Shown: positions 22,092 to 31,388 of the stretch, in pieces | Numbering within the stretch: the stretch's first letter is position 1 | Layout of the letters: each line of letters starts with the position of its first letter | Position numbers and translations under genes: made by a program | The notes under the pieces: model-generated | The model's database searches: none | The model's input: the letters and a program-made list of their open reading frames with translations, nothing else | What the model was told of the DNA's origin: nothing | NCBI GenBank assembly: GCA_910586625.1 | Contig: CAJUIZ010000009.1 | Coordinates: 5,383 to 69,382 of the forward strand | Reading direction: 5' to 3' | Length of the DNA: 64,000 bases | DNA from: an uncultured Christensenellaceae bacterium | GTDB lineage: Bacteria > Bacillota > Clostridia > Christensenellales > CAG-314

Positions 22092-22529
22092 CTAATCGAC
22101 TATAACGGTAACGGCGGCGGATATTTCCGCGTACATTTTCACCGTTACGGAATATCTGCCCGTAGCTCTTATCGGGTCTTTCATAACTATTTGTTTTTTG
22201 TCTACGGCGTAGCCTAATTTATTCAATTCTTCGGCGATTTCCTTATTGGTGATGCTGCCGTACATTTTTCCTTGCGAGCCCTTGGACGCGGTAATTCGTA
22301 TTTCCTGTCCTTTAAGTTTGTTTGCGTCGTCCATAGCCTTTTGTTTTTCTTCCGCCTTTTGCCGTTCGATAGCTTTGTTTTTTATCGCTACGGAATTGAT
22401 AGTGTCGGCGGTAGCTATGGTGCCCAACCCTTTTTTCAGTAAAAAGTTATTGGCGTATCCGTCGGAAACGTTAATAATTTCTCCCTTTTTTCCTTGTCCT
22501 TTAACGTCTTGAAGCAACAGTACTTTCAT
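22092..22529 (-). CDS. rplI: 50S ribosomal protein L9
   Basis: The protein begins MKVLLLQDVKGQGKKGEIINVSDGYANNFLLKKGLG. Confidence 0.95.
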   Translation of the reverse strand: MKVLLLQDVKGQGKKGEIINVSDGYANNFLLKKGLGTIATADTINSVAIKNKAIERQKAEEKQKAMDDANKLKGQEIRITASKGSQGKMYGSITNKEIAEELNKLGYAVDKKQIVMKDPIRATGRYSVTVKMYAEISAAVTVIVD

Positions 22530-22773
22530 ATTTTCTCCTTTCGGTTACCAATAAAGTGTTCCCGTACGGCGGCGTTCAGTCGCTGTTCGTATATTTTTCG
22601 GTATGTAATGCCAAGCAGTGCATTACGACATGTACGCGTATTTTACGCGTATGCCGATACGTCTTCTTTATTGCTAAGTAAAGTATAACTTATCGGCGAA
22701 GTTTAGTCAAGGCGTTTATTGGCGTATTTTTCGCGCGCTTGTTGTTAACACTAAAATAAAAGGAGGTGTAACT

Positions 22774-22938
22774 ATGAAAAACCAACAAACCATTATGTGC
22801 GACGTACGCGCATGCAAGCATCACAACGGCGAGAACTGCTCTTGCAAGCTGTCTCAAATTACTGTAACGCCCTGCGCCGACTGCGAAACGGCTCATTACT
22901 GCAAAGACTACGAAGAGAGAACTTACACGCGTATTTAG
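22774..22938 (+). CDS. Small cysteine-rich DUF1540-like protein (54 aa, absent from the ORF track)
   Basis: Hand translation gives MKNQQTIMCDVRACKHHNGENCSCKLSQITVTPCADCETAHYCKDYEERTYTRI. AAAGGAGG lies upstream of the start and a terminator follows directly. Confidence 0.7.
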   Translation: MKNQQTIMCDVRACKHHNGENCSCKLSQITVTPCADCETAHYCKDYEERTYTRI

Positions 22939-22955
22939 TCGCCGTAATTTGCGCG

Positions 22956-22989
22956 TTCCCCGCCGTTTGTTTCGGCGGGGAATTTTTTT
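22956..22989 (+). terminator. Intrinsic terminator
   Basis: TTCCCCGCCG pairs with CGGCGGGGAA, followed by a run of 7 T. Confidence 0.85.
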
Positions 22990-23269
22990 GTCGGACATAG
23001 CGGTAAAAATATCCCGACTCAGAAACAACATATATGTTTGCCGTTTTCAATTACGGATGCGTGCGGCGTATGCTTATAGAAAAAACTTTCCGCGTAGGCA
23101 AAAGCTAAATTTTAGGTATACCCCGTATCTGCGTTTTTACTTGACACTTTCTACGCTAAAATATACAATATAAACGGTTTTTCCGCAAAGTTGCTCGTGG
23201 AGAAATCCAATCGGTCGGAATAATTAGTAATTCTCAATAATAACAGCGACGATATAATCGGGGGATAGA

Positions 23270-24223
23270 ATGCTTAATCAAATACACGGAGCGATAAAAA
23301 TTTTTGCGGGCAATTCAAGCAAAAAGCTGGCGCAAGCCATATGCGAGCAATTGGATTTGGAGCTCGGCAAAATGGAAGTAGGCAAGTTCTCCGACGGAGA
23401 AACTGCTGTAAACATCAAGGAATCCGTTCGCGGCTGCGACGTATTTATTATACAGTCCACCAACACCCCCGTAAACGATAATTTGATGGAGCTGCTGCTT
23501 ATTATCGACGCGTGCAAGCGCGCATCGGCAATGCGTATTACGGCGGTTATTCCATACTTCGGATACGCCCGTCAAGACCGCAAGGCGCGCGCGAGAGACC
23601 CCATTTCGGCAAAGCTCGTAGCCGACATTCTTCAAACGGCAGGCGCGGATCGCGTGCTTACTATGGATTTGCACAGCAGCCAGCTTCAAGGTTTTTTCAA
23701 TATTCCCGTCGATAATCTTATGGGTATGCCGGTGCTTGCCAAGCATTTTAAGAAGGTGGGCGTACCGACCAATCTTACTATTGTAAGTCCCGATATGGGC
23801 AGCGTGGTGCGGTCTCGCGCAATGGCGAGTAAATTCGACGCGCCGTTGGCGATAATCGACAAACGCCGTCCTATGGCTAACGTTATGGAAGTAATGAATA
23901 TTATCGGCGACGTTAAGGGACGCAGCTGCTTGATGTTGGACGATATGATAGATACGGCAGGAACAATCTGTCAAGGCGCGCAGGCGTTAATAGACAACGG
24001 CGCGAGCGAAGTGGTGGCCTGCTGCTCACACGCGGTACTGTCGGGACCGGCTATCGAGCGGCTCGAAGCAAGCAAGCTAAGCAAAATAATCGTTCTCGAT
24101 ACAATCGAGCTTCCCGAAGAAAAGCGTATCGGCAAAATAGAAGTGGTAACTATTTCCGACCTGTTCGCCGAAGCGATAGAACGCGTTTACACCGATTTGC
24201 CCATTTCGAAGCTGTACGAATAA
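23270..24223 (+). CDS. prs: Ribose-phosphate pyrophosphokinase
   Basis: Motifs FSDGE, GYARQDRK and the PRPP loop LMLDDMIDTAGT are present. Confidence 0.96.
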   Translation: MLNQIHGAIKIFAGNSSKKLAQAICEQLDLELGKMEVGKFSDGETAVNIKESVRGCDVFIIQSTNTPVNDNLMELLLIIDACKRASAMRITAVIPYFGYARQDRKARARDPISAKLVADILQTAGADRVLTMDLHSSQLQGFFNIPVDNLMGMPVLAKHFKKVGVPTNLTIVSPDMGSVVRSRAMASKFDAPLAIIDKRRPMANVMEVMNIIGDVKGRSCLMLDDMIDTAGTICQGAQALIDNGASEVVACCSHAVLSGPAIERLEASKLSKIIVLDTIELPEEKRIGKIEVVTISDLFAEAIERVYTDLPISKLYE

Positions 24224-24439
24224 AATGTATCGGCTTGCCGAGCGTCTTTTGACGTAAGCAGCCGACGGCCATTACATTACAAATATTACAAACGGCTTAA
24301 AACCGCAAGTTTTACAGCCGTTTTTATTTTTTCACTATAAATAACGTTTTTTGCTATTCGGTTTGGATTTTAATATTTTATCGTTCGTTTTTATTTGTGG
24401 TCTGTTATTATTTTCTTTTTTTGCGTCAACAATGTTTGT

Positions 24440-24904
24440 ATGCAAAGATTTTTCGTAATTGTAATATTGACGGTTGCAATTGTCGGAGTGATGCTGTACT
24501 TCGCGCCAAAACCGTACGAACAAGCCATAACGTCGATAGCGCCCGATAACGCGCAGATAAACGTTTATTGCCGCGGCGGAAGCGTCTGCGGAGTTGACTT
24601 GGGCTTCGGCAGTATGGTCCGCTGCTCAGTTGCCGACTTGTCCGCGACGTACTCCCGATGCGGAACAGTGGACGGCATAAGCGCGACGTTTGAAGGCGAT
24701 TTAACTGCTGTCGAACGTATTCTTTCCCATTTGCGCGTCCGTTCCGTAACCGTAAGCAACTTCGGCGATTTGACGGTAATAAGCGGTTACAGCGGCGGTG
24801 TTCGCGGCGGTGTTATTCTGGACGGCAAACGCGTCAATTGCCAAATAGCCTATCGCGACGGCGTTATATCCGTGGGATTTCCGCTGATTTTGGGCGATTA
24901 CTGA
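24440..24904 (+). CDS. Hypothetical membrane-anchored protein, possibly YwmB/DUF1779-like
   Basis: It has an N-terminal TM helix (FFVIVILTVAIVGVMLYF) and ends GFPLILGDY. Neither candidate start has a good RBS. The family guess is weak. Confidence 0.4.
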   Translation: MQRFFVIVILTVAIVGVMLYFAPKPYEQAITSIAPDNAQINVYCRGGSVCGVDLGFGSMVRCSVADLSATYSRCGTVDGISATFEGDLTAVERILSHLRVRSVTVSNFGDLTVISGYSGGVRGGVILDGKRVNCQIAYRDGVISVGFPLILGDY

Positions 24905-24977
24905 AATTTTTGTTTTAACGCGTATAAAAGCGTTTACGTATGGTAACAATCTCATCAAACAAATACGGAGGCAAACA

Positions 24978-25640
24978 ATGAATTCTGCAAAACAAACCAA
25001 CAAATTTACAAGATTTCTGCGTAATAACGCGGCGTTGCTGTTACTTATATTTTGCGTGCTGGCAATAACGGCGGTTGTGTTGGCGGTTACTCTTACGCGT
25101 AAGCCCGATACTCCCGTTATTCCCGACAATCCTGTTATAGGCGGACCGGACGACGACAACAAAGATCCCGATCCCGTCGTTAAGGACAAAATAAAGGTTT
25201 ATTTCAACTCTCCCGTTAAGTACAACAAAATAAGTATGGAGTATACCGACGGCAAGGATTTACTGTTCGTATTCAACTCTACGCTTAACGACTGGGCGTC
25301 TCACAAAGGCGTAGACCTTGTAGCTACCGACGGCACGGAAGTTAACGCAATGTACGACGGAACGGTATTGGACGTAAAAGAAACGTTCGCTTTGGGACAA
25401 ATCGTTACAATCGACCACGGCGACAACGTGGTTGCAACCTACGCTTCGCTCGGCGACGTACAGGTGACCAAGGGACAAGCCGTTAAAAAGGGTGAAAAAA
25501 TCGGTGTGGTAAGCACTTCGGCGTCTAACGAATTTATGGACGGAGCGCACGTGCACATTGAAATAGCCGTTAACGGTAAAAACGCAGACCCGATGCCGTA
25601 TATCAAGGGCGAAATCTTCCGCGAAGTAGAACAGGACTAA
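24978..25640 (+). CDS. M23/LytM-family metallopeptidase with an N-terminal membrane anchor (SpoIIQ-like candidate)
   Basis: HKGVD (HxxxD) and HVHIE (HxH) are intact, and there is a TM helix near the N-terminus. GGAGG lies upstream, and the gene sits next to spoIIGA-sigE. Confidence 0.75.
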   Translation: MNSAKQTNKFTRFLRNNAALLLLIFCVLAITAVVLAVTLTRKPDTPVIPDNPVIGGPDDDNKDPDPVVKDKIKVYFNSPVKYNKISMEYTDGKDLLFVFNSTLNDWASHKGVDLVATDGTEVNAMYDGTVLDVKETFALGQIVTIDHGDNVVATYASLGDVQVTKGQAVKKGEKIGVVSTSASNEFMDGAHVHIEIAVNGKNADPMPYIKGEIFREVEQD

Positions 25641-25710
25641 TCGCTCTCTCGGTATCAAGCGAATAACTTTATTGCGATTTTCGCTTGCGTATTTTAACAA
25701 AAACGTGTTA

Positions 25711-25749
25711 ATATGTCTTTCCTTATAAAAAGGAAGGACATATTTTTTG
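25711..25749 (+). terminator. Intrinsic terminator
   Basis: ATATGTCTTTCCTT pairs with AGGAAGGACATAT, followed by TTTTT. Confidence 0.75.
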
Positions 25750-25828
25750 TAAGCTATTTTACAAAATATTGTAGCTCTACAACAAAAGATACGTTTTGTC
25801 GCCTTTTTATACCGCTATAATTTGGGCT

Positions 25829-26623
25829 ATGAACGTTTACTTGGAATACGTAATTTTGGATAATTTCGTAATAGACGCTCTCATTTTGCTTGCGGCGGCT
25901 TTGACTCTCAGGATACCGTTCAAGAAGTACCGTATCGTTCTCGGCGGCGCGGTCGGCGCTGCGTGCGCCGTTGCAAGCGTATTCGTAGGCGGTTTTTGGA
26001 CGTATCTCGTCAAGACGGCGTGTCTTGTTCTTATGTGCATAACGGCGGTCGGCGTAGGAAAAAAACTTTTTTGGCATATTTTACTCACCGTCGCGTATAC
26101 CTTTACTTTGGGCGGAGCCGTAACGGGAATATTTCATCTGCTCAATATTAGCTACGTTACACAAGACGGCGAATTTTACCAAATGCGCGTTCCGCTGTTC
26201 GTGTATGCATTGGCGCTGGCGTTAGTCGCCTTTTTATGCTACTCGATAGTCTTTTACGTCAAGCAAACCAAGAGAATCGCTCCGTATATTTGCAAGATTG
26301 TGGTTACTCTCGACAAAGACTATAACCTGACGGGCTTTTACGATTCAGGCAACGGCTTGGTATACGACGGTTTGCCGGTATGTTTTGTAACAAAGCGTTT
26401 CGACGGATTTTCCGACTACTTTGCAAAACAAACGCTTGCAGGCAACGCCCGTTCCGTCGAAGTGGCGACTGTCACGGGCGTAAAAAGCGTGCCGGCAGTC
26501 AAGGCGGACGTAACCGCAAACGGTGTAACGCGGCAGGCATATCTTGCGCTGCCGTCGGATAAATGCCAATCGGCAGGTTACCATATCGTATTATCTAATG
26601 AGTTTGTCTCGGCAAACGGTTAA
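25829..26623 (+). CDS. spoIIGA: Sigma-E processing peptidase SpoIIGA
   Basis: The protein begins MNVYLEYVILDNFVIDALILLAAA, as in SpoIIGA. It has five hydrophobic segments and the aspartic-protease motif YDSGNGL. It lies directly upstream of sigE. Confidence 0.85.
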   Translation: MNVYLEYVILDNFVIDALILLAAALTLRIPFKKYRIVLGGAVGAACAVASVFVGGFWTYLVKTACLVLMCITAVGVGKKLFWHILLTVAYTFTLGGAVTGIFHLLNISYVTQDGEFYQMRVPLFVYALALALVAFLCYSIVFYVKQTKRIAPYICKIVVTLDKDYNLTGFYDSGNGLVYDGLPVCFVTKRFDGFSDYFAKQTLAGNARSVEVATVTGVKSVPAVKADVTANGVTRQAYLALPSDKCQSAGYHIVLSNEFVSANG

Positions 26624-26660
26624 TTATACGCTTCGGCGTTTGTAATAAGGAGCTCAAATT

Positions 26661-27365
26661 ATGAAAGTGCTGGAATTATTGAAAAAACTGCTCGCCCGAT
26701 TGTCTATGTCCGACAAGACCGCGCATTATATTTGCGGAGCGGAAGCGTTGCCGCATCCGTTGTCTGCGGAAGAAGAAGCGGTGCTGCTTTCCGCCGTTTG
26801 TCAAGGAGATACGGAAGCTAAGGACAAGTTGGTGGAGCATAATCTGCGTTTGGTGGTATTCCTTGCCAAAAAGTTCGAAAGCAGCGGCGTGGATATGGAA
26901 GATTTGGTATCCGTAGGCACGATAGGTCTTATCAAGGCTATCAACAGCTTCAAGGCGGAAAAGCAGATAAAGCTTGCCACATATGCCAGCAGGTGTATCG
27001 AAAACGAGATTCTGATGTACCTTCGTAAGCTTTCCAAACGCAAGGCGGAAGTGAGTCTTGACGAACCGCTGAACGTGGACGGCGACGGCAACGAACTGCT
27101 GCTTGCCGATATTTTGGGCACGGATTCCGACGCTATATACAACCACGTCGAAAGCCAAGTGGAGCGTCAGCTTTTGGAAGAAGGTCTGTCGCGGCTTTCC
27201 AAACGCGAGCAGCAGATTATCGAAATGCGCTTCGGCTTGGACGGCGAAGACGAGCGCACGCAAAAAGAAGTAGCTGACCTTCTTGGCATTTCCCAGTCCT
27301 ACATATCACGTTTGGAAAAGAAAATAATCTCCCGTCTTAAAAAGGAAATTTCCAAGCTGGTTTAG
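26661..27365 (+). CDS. sigE: Sporulation sigma factor E (pro-sigma-E)
   Basis: It has a pro-sequence followed by [17 protein letters not shown]. Region 2 ([48 protein letters not shown]) and the region 4 HTH are present. Confidence 0.9.
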   Translation: MKVLELLKKLLARLSMSDKTAHYICGAEALPHPLSAEEEAVLLSAVCQGDTEAKDKLVEHNLRLVVFLAKKFESSGVDMEDLVSVGTIGLIKAINSFKAEKQIKLATYASRCIENEILMYLRKLSKRKAEVSLDEPLNVDGDGNELLLADILGTDSDAIYNHVESQVERQLLEEGLSRLSKREQQIIEMRFGLDGEDERTQKEVADLLGISQSYISRLEKKIISRLKKEISKLV

Positions 27366-27416
27366 CGCAATATGGCGACGAAGTAGGGAGGCGTTTGTTT
27401 TCGACAAAATAAACGG

Positions 27417-27445
27417 TTGCAAAATTATTGCATTTAGTGTATAAT
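27417..27445 (+). promoter_or_regulatory. Sigma-A-type promoter of the SRP RNA gene
   Basis: TTGCAA (27417-27422), a 17-nt spacer, then TATAAT (27440-27445). Confidence 0.6.
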
Positions 27446-27446
27446 A

Positions 27447-27722
27447 GCGTTACTGCGCTAAGTGGGGAGCTAGCGGTGCCCTGTCGCCTACAATCCGCTA
27501 CAGTAGGGCTGAATGTTGCGGGCGGCTTTATATGTGGAAAGCAGGAATCGGCAAGGAATGTTGATACCAAGGTCTTGTGCGACGCGATGCTGTCAACCGT
27601 GTCAGGGTGGGAACACAGCAGCACTACGCAGTTTGAGCGTGCGCCACAAGGTAGCTTTGGAGTAGTTACCTACCGAGATACCGTTTCGGCATATACTGTC
27701 AACCGTAACGCGCAGTCATAGA
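27447..27722 (+). ncRNA. ffs: Signal recognition particle RNA, long Bacillus type (scRNA with Alu domain)
   Basis: GCGCTAAGTGGGGAGCTAGCGGTGCCCTGT...CAATCCGCTACAGTAGGGCTGAAT matches the B. subtilis scRNA 5' domain as I recall it. The domain IV core GTCAGGGTGGGAACACAGCAGC is present. The 5' and 3' ends are complementary. The boundaries are approximate. Confidence 0.85.
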
Positions 27723-27730
27723 ATATCCGA

Positions 27731-27760
27731 GCGACGGCTTAAACAAGCCGTCGCTTTTTT
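27731..27760 (+). terminator. Intrinsic terminator after the SRP RNA
   Basis: GCGACGGCTT pairs with AAGCCGTCGC, followed by TTTTTT. Confidence 0.85.
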
Positions 27761-27972
27761 GTTCTGCGGCTGCCGTCATCGGTTTTGGTCCGACAAGTCG
27801 AATTTTGCCGCGGAAAATTACGATTGAAGTAATTTCGGATAATTTTTATTGTCGGTTTTTGTGACAAAAATTACCGAGTTGTCGAAAAGCGAAGTTAATT
27901 CATTTTTAACGTTTTATTTGCTGTTTTGCGGCGTATTCTATATTGAATACTTTTATCTTAAAAGATTTGTTT

Positions 27973-27988
27973 TGTGAATTATTCCACA
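27973..27988. promoter_or_regulatory. CRP/FNR-like palindrome TGTGA-N6-CCACA
   Basis: TGTGAATTATTCCACA lies about 45 bp upstream of the -35 element of the ABC operon promoter. One half-site deviates from TCACA. Confidence 0.25.
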
Positions 27989-28031
27989 AAAATGAAATTG
28001 AAATATTTATTTTTATTTATCTCGAATGGTA

Positions 28032-28061
28032 TTGACATTGCCTATCGGGGGGGGGTATTAT
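28032..28061 (+). promoter_or_regulatory. Candidate promoter of the ABC transporter operon, with a G9 tract in the spacer
   Basis: TTGACA (28032-28037), an 18-nt spacer containing GGGGGGGGG (28047-28055), then TATTAT (28056-28061). Confidence 0.5.
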
Positions 28062-28125
28062 TGATACGTTATAACGATATTAGCTTTTCTATATGAAAAG
28101 TGAAATAATATATGGAGGAAAAACT

Positions 28126-29448
28126 ATGAAGAAACTTTTATGCATAGGGTTGGTAACGCTGCTTGTTGTTACCGCTTTGGTATGTATGGTCGGTTGCGGA
28201 AACAAGTTCGAACCCGATCCCAAGGTTTTGGAAGCCATCAAGGACGCCGAAACCTTATCTCACGACGAGCTGTTCAAGAAAGCCGCCGACGAACTCGGAG
28301 CCAACGGACAGTTGAGAATTTTGGCTACCACGTCGCGCGGCGGCAAAGACACCGTTAAGAATCTGTTCATTTCCGAATTACAGAAGCACAATTCCGCGGT
28401 TACTGCCAACGCTCTCAAATACGATACAACCGTAGACGGACAAATTTACACGACGCTGCAAGGCGAAATCGAAGCGGGCGTGCAGAATTATTGCGGAATG
28501 GTAACGCAAGACGGTTATCAGCTGCAAACCAAGGGCTTGGATACCGGTTATTATCTCAATTTTGTTCCCAAAACTTGGAAAGAAGCGCAAGGCGTAGACC
28601 TTAGTGCAAGCGATCCGTTCGCGCTTCAATACAACTTCAAAACATGGATGTACAACAATAAGGGTAAAGCCGATATGGTCATCGACAACGTTTGGGACGT
28701 AACCCATTCGCAATACAAGGGCAAGATTTTCACTATGGACCCGAGAAACGAAAACGTTAATATGGACTGGCTTGTTCAATTGACGACCGACGACCAAAAC
28801 GCGGCGTTAAAGGAAGCTTGGGAAGACGCGTCCAAGACTACCGACGTAAATATCGAAGATTACAGCAAGTACGGCGACAAAAAATACGCTTACGCTTTCA
28901 TCGGTAAGTTTATCGAAAACGCGGTATTCTACGGCGACGACGGCGAAGCAATGACCAATTTGGCCAAAACCCCCGGAGCTATCGGTTGGATAGTTTATTC
29001 CAAGATAATGAAAGTGGAAGAATCCGCAGAAATATCCAAGAAGAATATCGTTATAGCAGCGTTAGGCAAGGATAACTCCAAGGACGCTCCTACGGCTTCG
29101 GCAATCAAGGGCTTTGCGGGCTTTATGTATAAGCACTATCTGCAAGTAATGCCCAACTGCAAATATCCGTACGCAACCTGCGCTTTCTTCGAATTGATTT
29201 CGACGAATTCGACGGCGTACTCCGTATGGGCGGGCGACCCCGGCGATTATCCTACCCTTCCGTCTATCAATAAGGACAGAACTCAGGGCGGTTACGTAGA
29301 AGGCGTAAACACTTATCCCGCTTTGAACGATCCTTCGTCTACTTGGTGGATTAACACGGGTAAAGCCGTTGTGGAAAACCCCGCGACAATCGCAAGCAAC
29401 TACAAGACGTTGCAGCCGTTCCTTTTGTCCGCAATAGCTAACAAGTAA
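28126..29448 (+). CDS. ABC transporter substrate-binding lipoprotein (family-1 solute-binding protein, substrate unknown)
   Basis: The signal peptide carries a lipobox (LVCMVGC-G). GGAGG lies upstream of the ATG at 28126. It is the first gene of an SBP-permease-ATPase operon. Confidence 0.8.
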   Translation: MKKLLCIGLVTLLVVTALVCMVGCGNKFEPDPKVLEAIKDAETLSHDELFKKAADELGANGQLRILATTSRGGKDTVKNLFISELQKHNSAVTANALKYDTTVDGQIYTTLQGEIEAGVQNYCGMVTQDGYQLQTKGLDTGYYLNFVPKTWKEAQGVDLSASDPFALQYNFKTWMYNNKGKADMVIDNVWDVTHSQYKGKIFTMDPRNENVNMDWLVQLTTDDQNAALKEAWEDASKTTDVNIEDYSKYGDKKYAYAFIGKFIENAVFYGDDGEAMTNLAKTPGAIGWIVYSKIMKVEESAEISKKNIVIAALGKDNSKDAPTASAIKGFAGFMYKHYLQVMPNCKYPYATCAFFELISTNSTAYSVWAGDPGDYPTLPSINKDRTQGGYVEGVNTYPALNDPSSTWWINTGKAVVENPATIASNYKTLQPFLLSAIANK

Positions 29449-29552
29449 TGTGACAAGAAAAAACAATTGCTTGTTATAAATTTGGTCAAGGTAAGCGAAA
29501 TTACGCTTACCTTGACTTTATTGGAATAAAGGAAAAAGATAAGGAGTAAATA

Positions 29553-31388
29553 ATGACAAAAAAACTCAAGGTAAAATCTCCCAAAGATTTTTCCAAATGG
29601 TTTAAGCGCGGCGCAAACGGTGCGATTACCTTTTTCGGCGTACCGGCGAATACCATTTTAGTGGTATTCGGCGTGATATTGTTACTGCTGAATATAGCTC
29701 CGATAGTATCGCTGCTCGTCAAGGCGTTTACGGAGTATTCCACGGTCGGCTACGGTAAGTTTACTTGGGACAACTTCAAGGCTATTTTCGACTGGGCGGG
29801 AAGCGACACTTCGGTAGGTTTCTTTTGGCGTCCGTTCGGAAGGTCGCTTTTGATATCCGTTCTTGCCTGCGTTTTTTCGGTGCTGTTCGGCGGGTTAACC
29901 GCTTACTTGATTGCGAGAACGAATTTGAAGTTCAAACGCTTTATATCCGCGGTATTTATTTTTCCGTACATTATGCCGCAGTGGACGTTGGCGATGTTTT
30001 GGAAGAATCTGTTTATATCGACAAACTGCACGGCAGGATACGCAGGCGAATTGCAGGCGCTAACGGGAATAGCGATGCCCGAGTGGTGGGTGTTCGGTAT
30101 GTTCCCCATAGCTTTGGTTTTGGGCTTGCATTACGCGCCGTTTGCTTACATACTTTTGGGCGGAGTATTACAGAATATGGACTCCAACTTGGAAGAAGCG
30201 GCGTCGATTCTCGGGATACCCAGATGGAAATGCTTTTTTAAGATAACTTTGCCTATGCTAAAACCCGCAATACTTTCTACCGTATTGCTTGTGTTCAGTT
30301 CGGCTATGAGCTCGTATTCGGTGGCGGTAAAGCTGGGCAATCCTATAAACTACTACGTATTGGCAACGCAAATGCAGGCGTTAATTACCGGCTCGGGCGG
30401 AATGCTCGCAGGCTGGGGAAGCGTTGTGGCTATTGTAATGATTGTTATAGGCGTTTTCCTGCTTATTCTCAATCAACTTCAAACGGGCTCGAGAAAACAG
30501 TTTACAACCGTAACCGGCAAGTCCGGTCAGATTTCCAAAAATAATCTCGGCAAGGCGGGCAAATGGATTGTCGGCATAGTTATGAGCTTTGCGGTGGCGT
30601 TTTTCTGTATAGGTCCGATGGTGTCCTTCTTCTTGGAATCGCTTTTGTGGAATCCCGGCGACTTTTCGGGCGGCTTAACCTTCCGCGCGTGGACTTCCAA
30701 AACGCCTATATCCACCAACGACTTCGTAGGTTTCTTCTTCGAGAAGAAGGTGGGCGCGGCGTTAAAGGGCTCGATTGTGCTTTCGGTGGTTTGCGCGCTG
30801 TCTGCGGGTGCAAGCGGATTTTTAATCGGTTACGCAATAAGCAAAAAAAGAAAGTCCAAGTATTCGGGCTTCGTTAACGGTTTGGCGTTCTTCCCGTATC
30901 TGCTTCCGTCCATTGCATTAAGCCAGTGCTTTTATTTACTGGGAGTTAATATGGGGCTGACGGGCGCTTGGATGCTTGTAGGCATCGTATTGGGTACTAT
31001 CAAGTATATTCCTATGGCGTCGCGGTCGTCGCTTAACGCTATGATGCAGCTCTCTAACGAAATAGAAGAAGCAGGTATCATTCAGGGTATTCCTTGGTGG
31101 AAGCGAATGCTGCGTATAGTGTTCCCCATTCAGAAGGCGGCTATTATTTCGGGCTTCCTGTTGCCGTTTATATCCTGTATGAGAGAATACGATTTGTTCG
31201 TATTTATCGGTTCGGATCAGTTCACTCTGACAAGATTTATGTTCCAGCTCGGCTCTGACGGCGTACCGGCGTTGGAAAATGCCGCGAACTTCGTATTGAT
31301 TGCCATTATTTTGTTGGTAAACTGGCTCACGAACTTACTTACGGGAGCAAGCATTGATAAAGGATTGGGAGGTAAAACTAATGCCTAA
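29553..31388 (+). CDS. Fused double-domain ABC transporter permease (611 aa)
   Basis: It has two tandem transmembrane domains, each with an EAA-like loop (NLEEAASILGIPRWKCFFKITLP and EIEEAGIIQGIPWWKRMLRIVFP). This matches Fe3+/polyamine/thiamine-type fused permeases. Confidence 0.85.
   Translation: MTKKLKVKSPKDFSKWFKRGANGAITFFGVPANTILVVFGVILLLLNIAPIVSLLVKAFTEYSTVGYGKFTWDNFKAIFDWAGSDTSVGFFWRPFGRSLLISVLACVFSVLFGGLTAYLIARTNLKFKRFISAVFIFPYIMPQWTLAMFWKNLFISTNCTAGYAGELQALTGIAMPEWWVFGMFPIALVLGLHYAPFAYILLGGVLQNMDSNLEEAASILGIPRWKCFFKITLPMLKPAILSTVLLVFSSAMSSYSVAVKLGNPINYYVLATQMQALITGSGGMLAGWGSVVAIVMIVIGVFLLILNQLQTGSRKQFTTVTGKSGQISKNNLGKAGKWIVGIVMSFAVAFFCIGPMVSFFLESLLWNPGDFSGGLTFRAWTSKTPISTNDFVGFFFEKKVGAALKGSIVLSVVCALSAGASGFLIGYAISKKRKSKYSGFVNGLAFFPYLLPSIALSQCFYLLGVNMGLTGAWMLVGIVLGTIKYIPMASRSSLNAMMQLSNEIEEAGIIQGIPWWKRMLRIVFPIQKAAIISGFLLPFISCMREYDLFVFIGSDQFTLTRFMFQLGSDGVPALENAANFVLIAIILLVNWLTNLLTGASIDKGLGGKTNA

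Noticed and set aside
27428-27721. A 97-aa ORF on the plus strand, with the antisense ORF 27337-27624.
   Set aside because: The region is the SRP RNA gene, with a strong match to the Bacillus-type scRNA 5' domain and domain IV, and with its own promoter and terminator.
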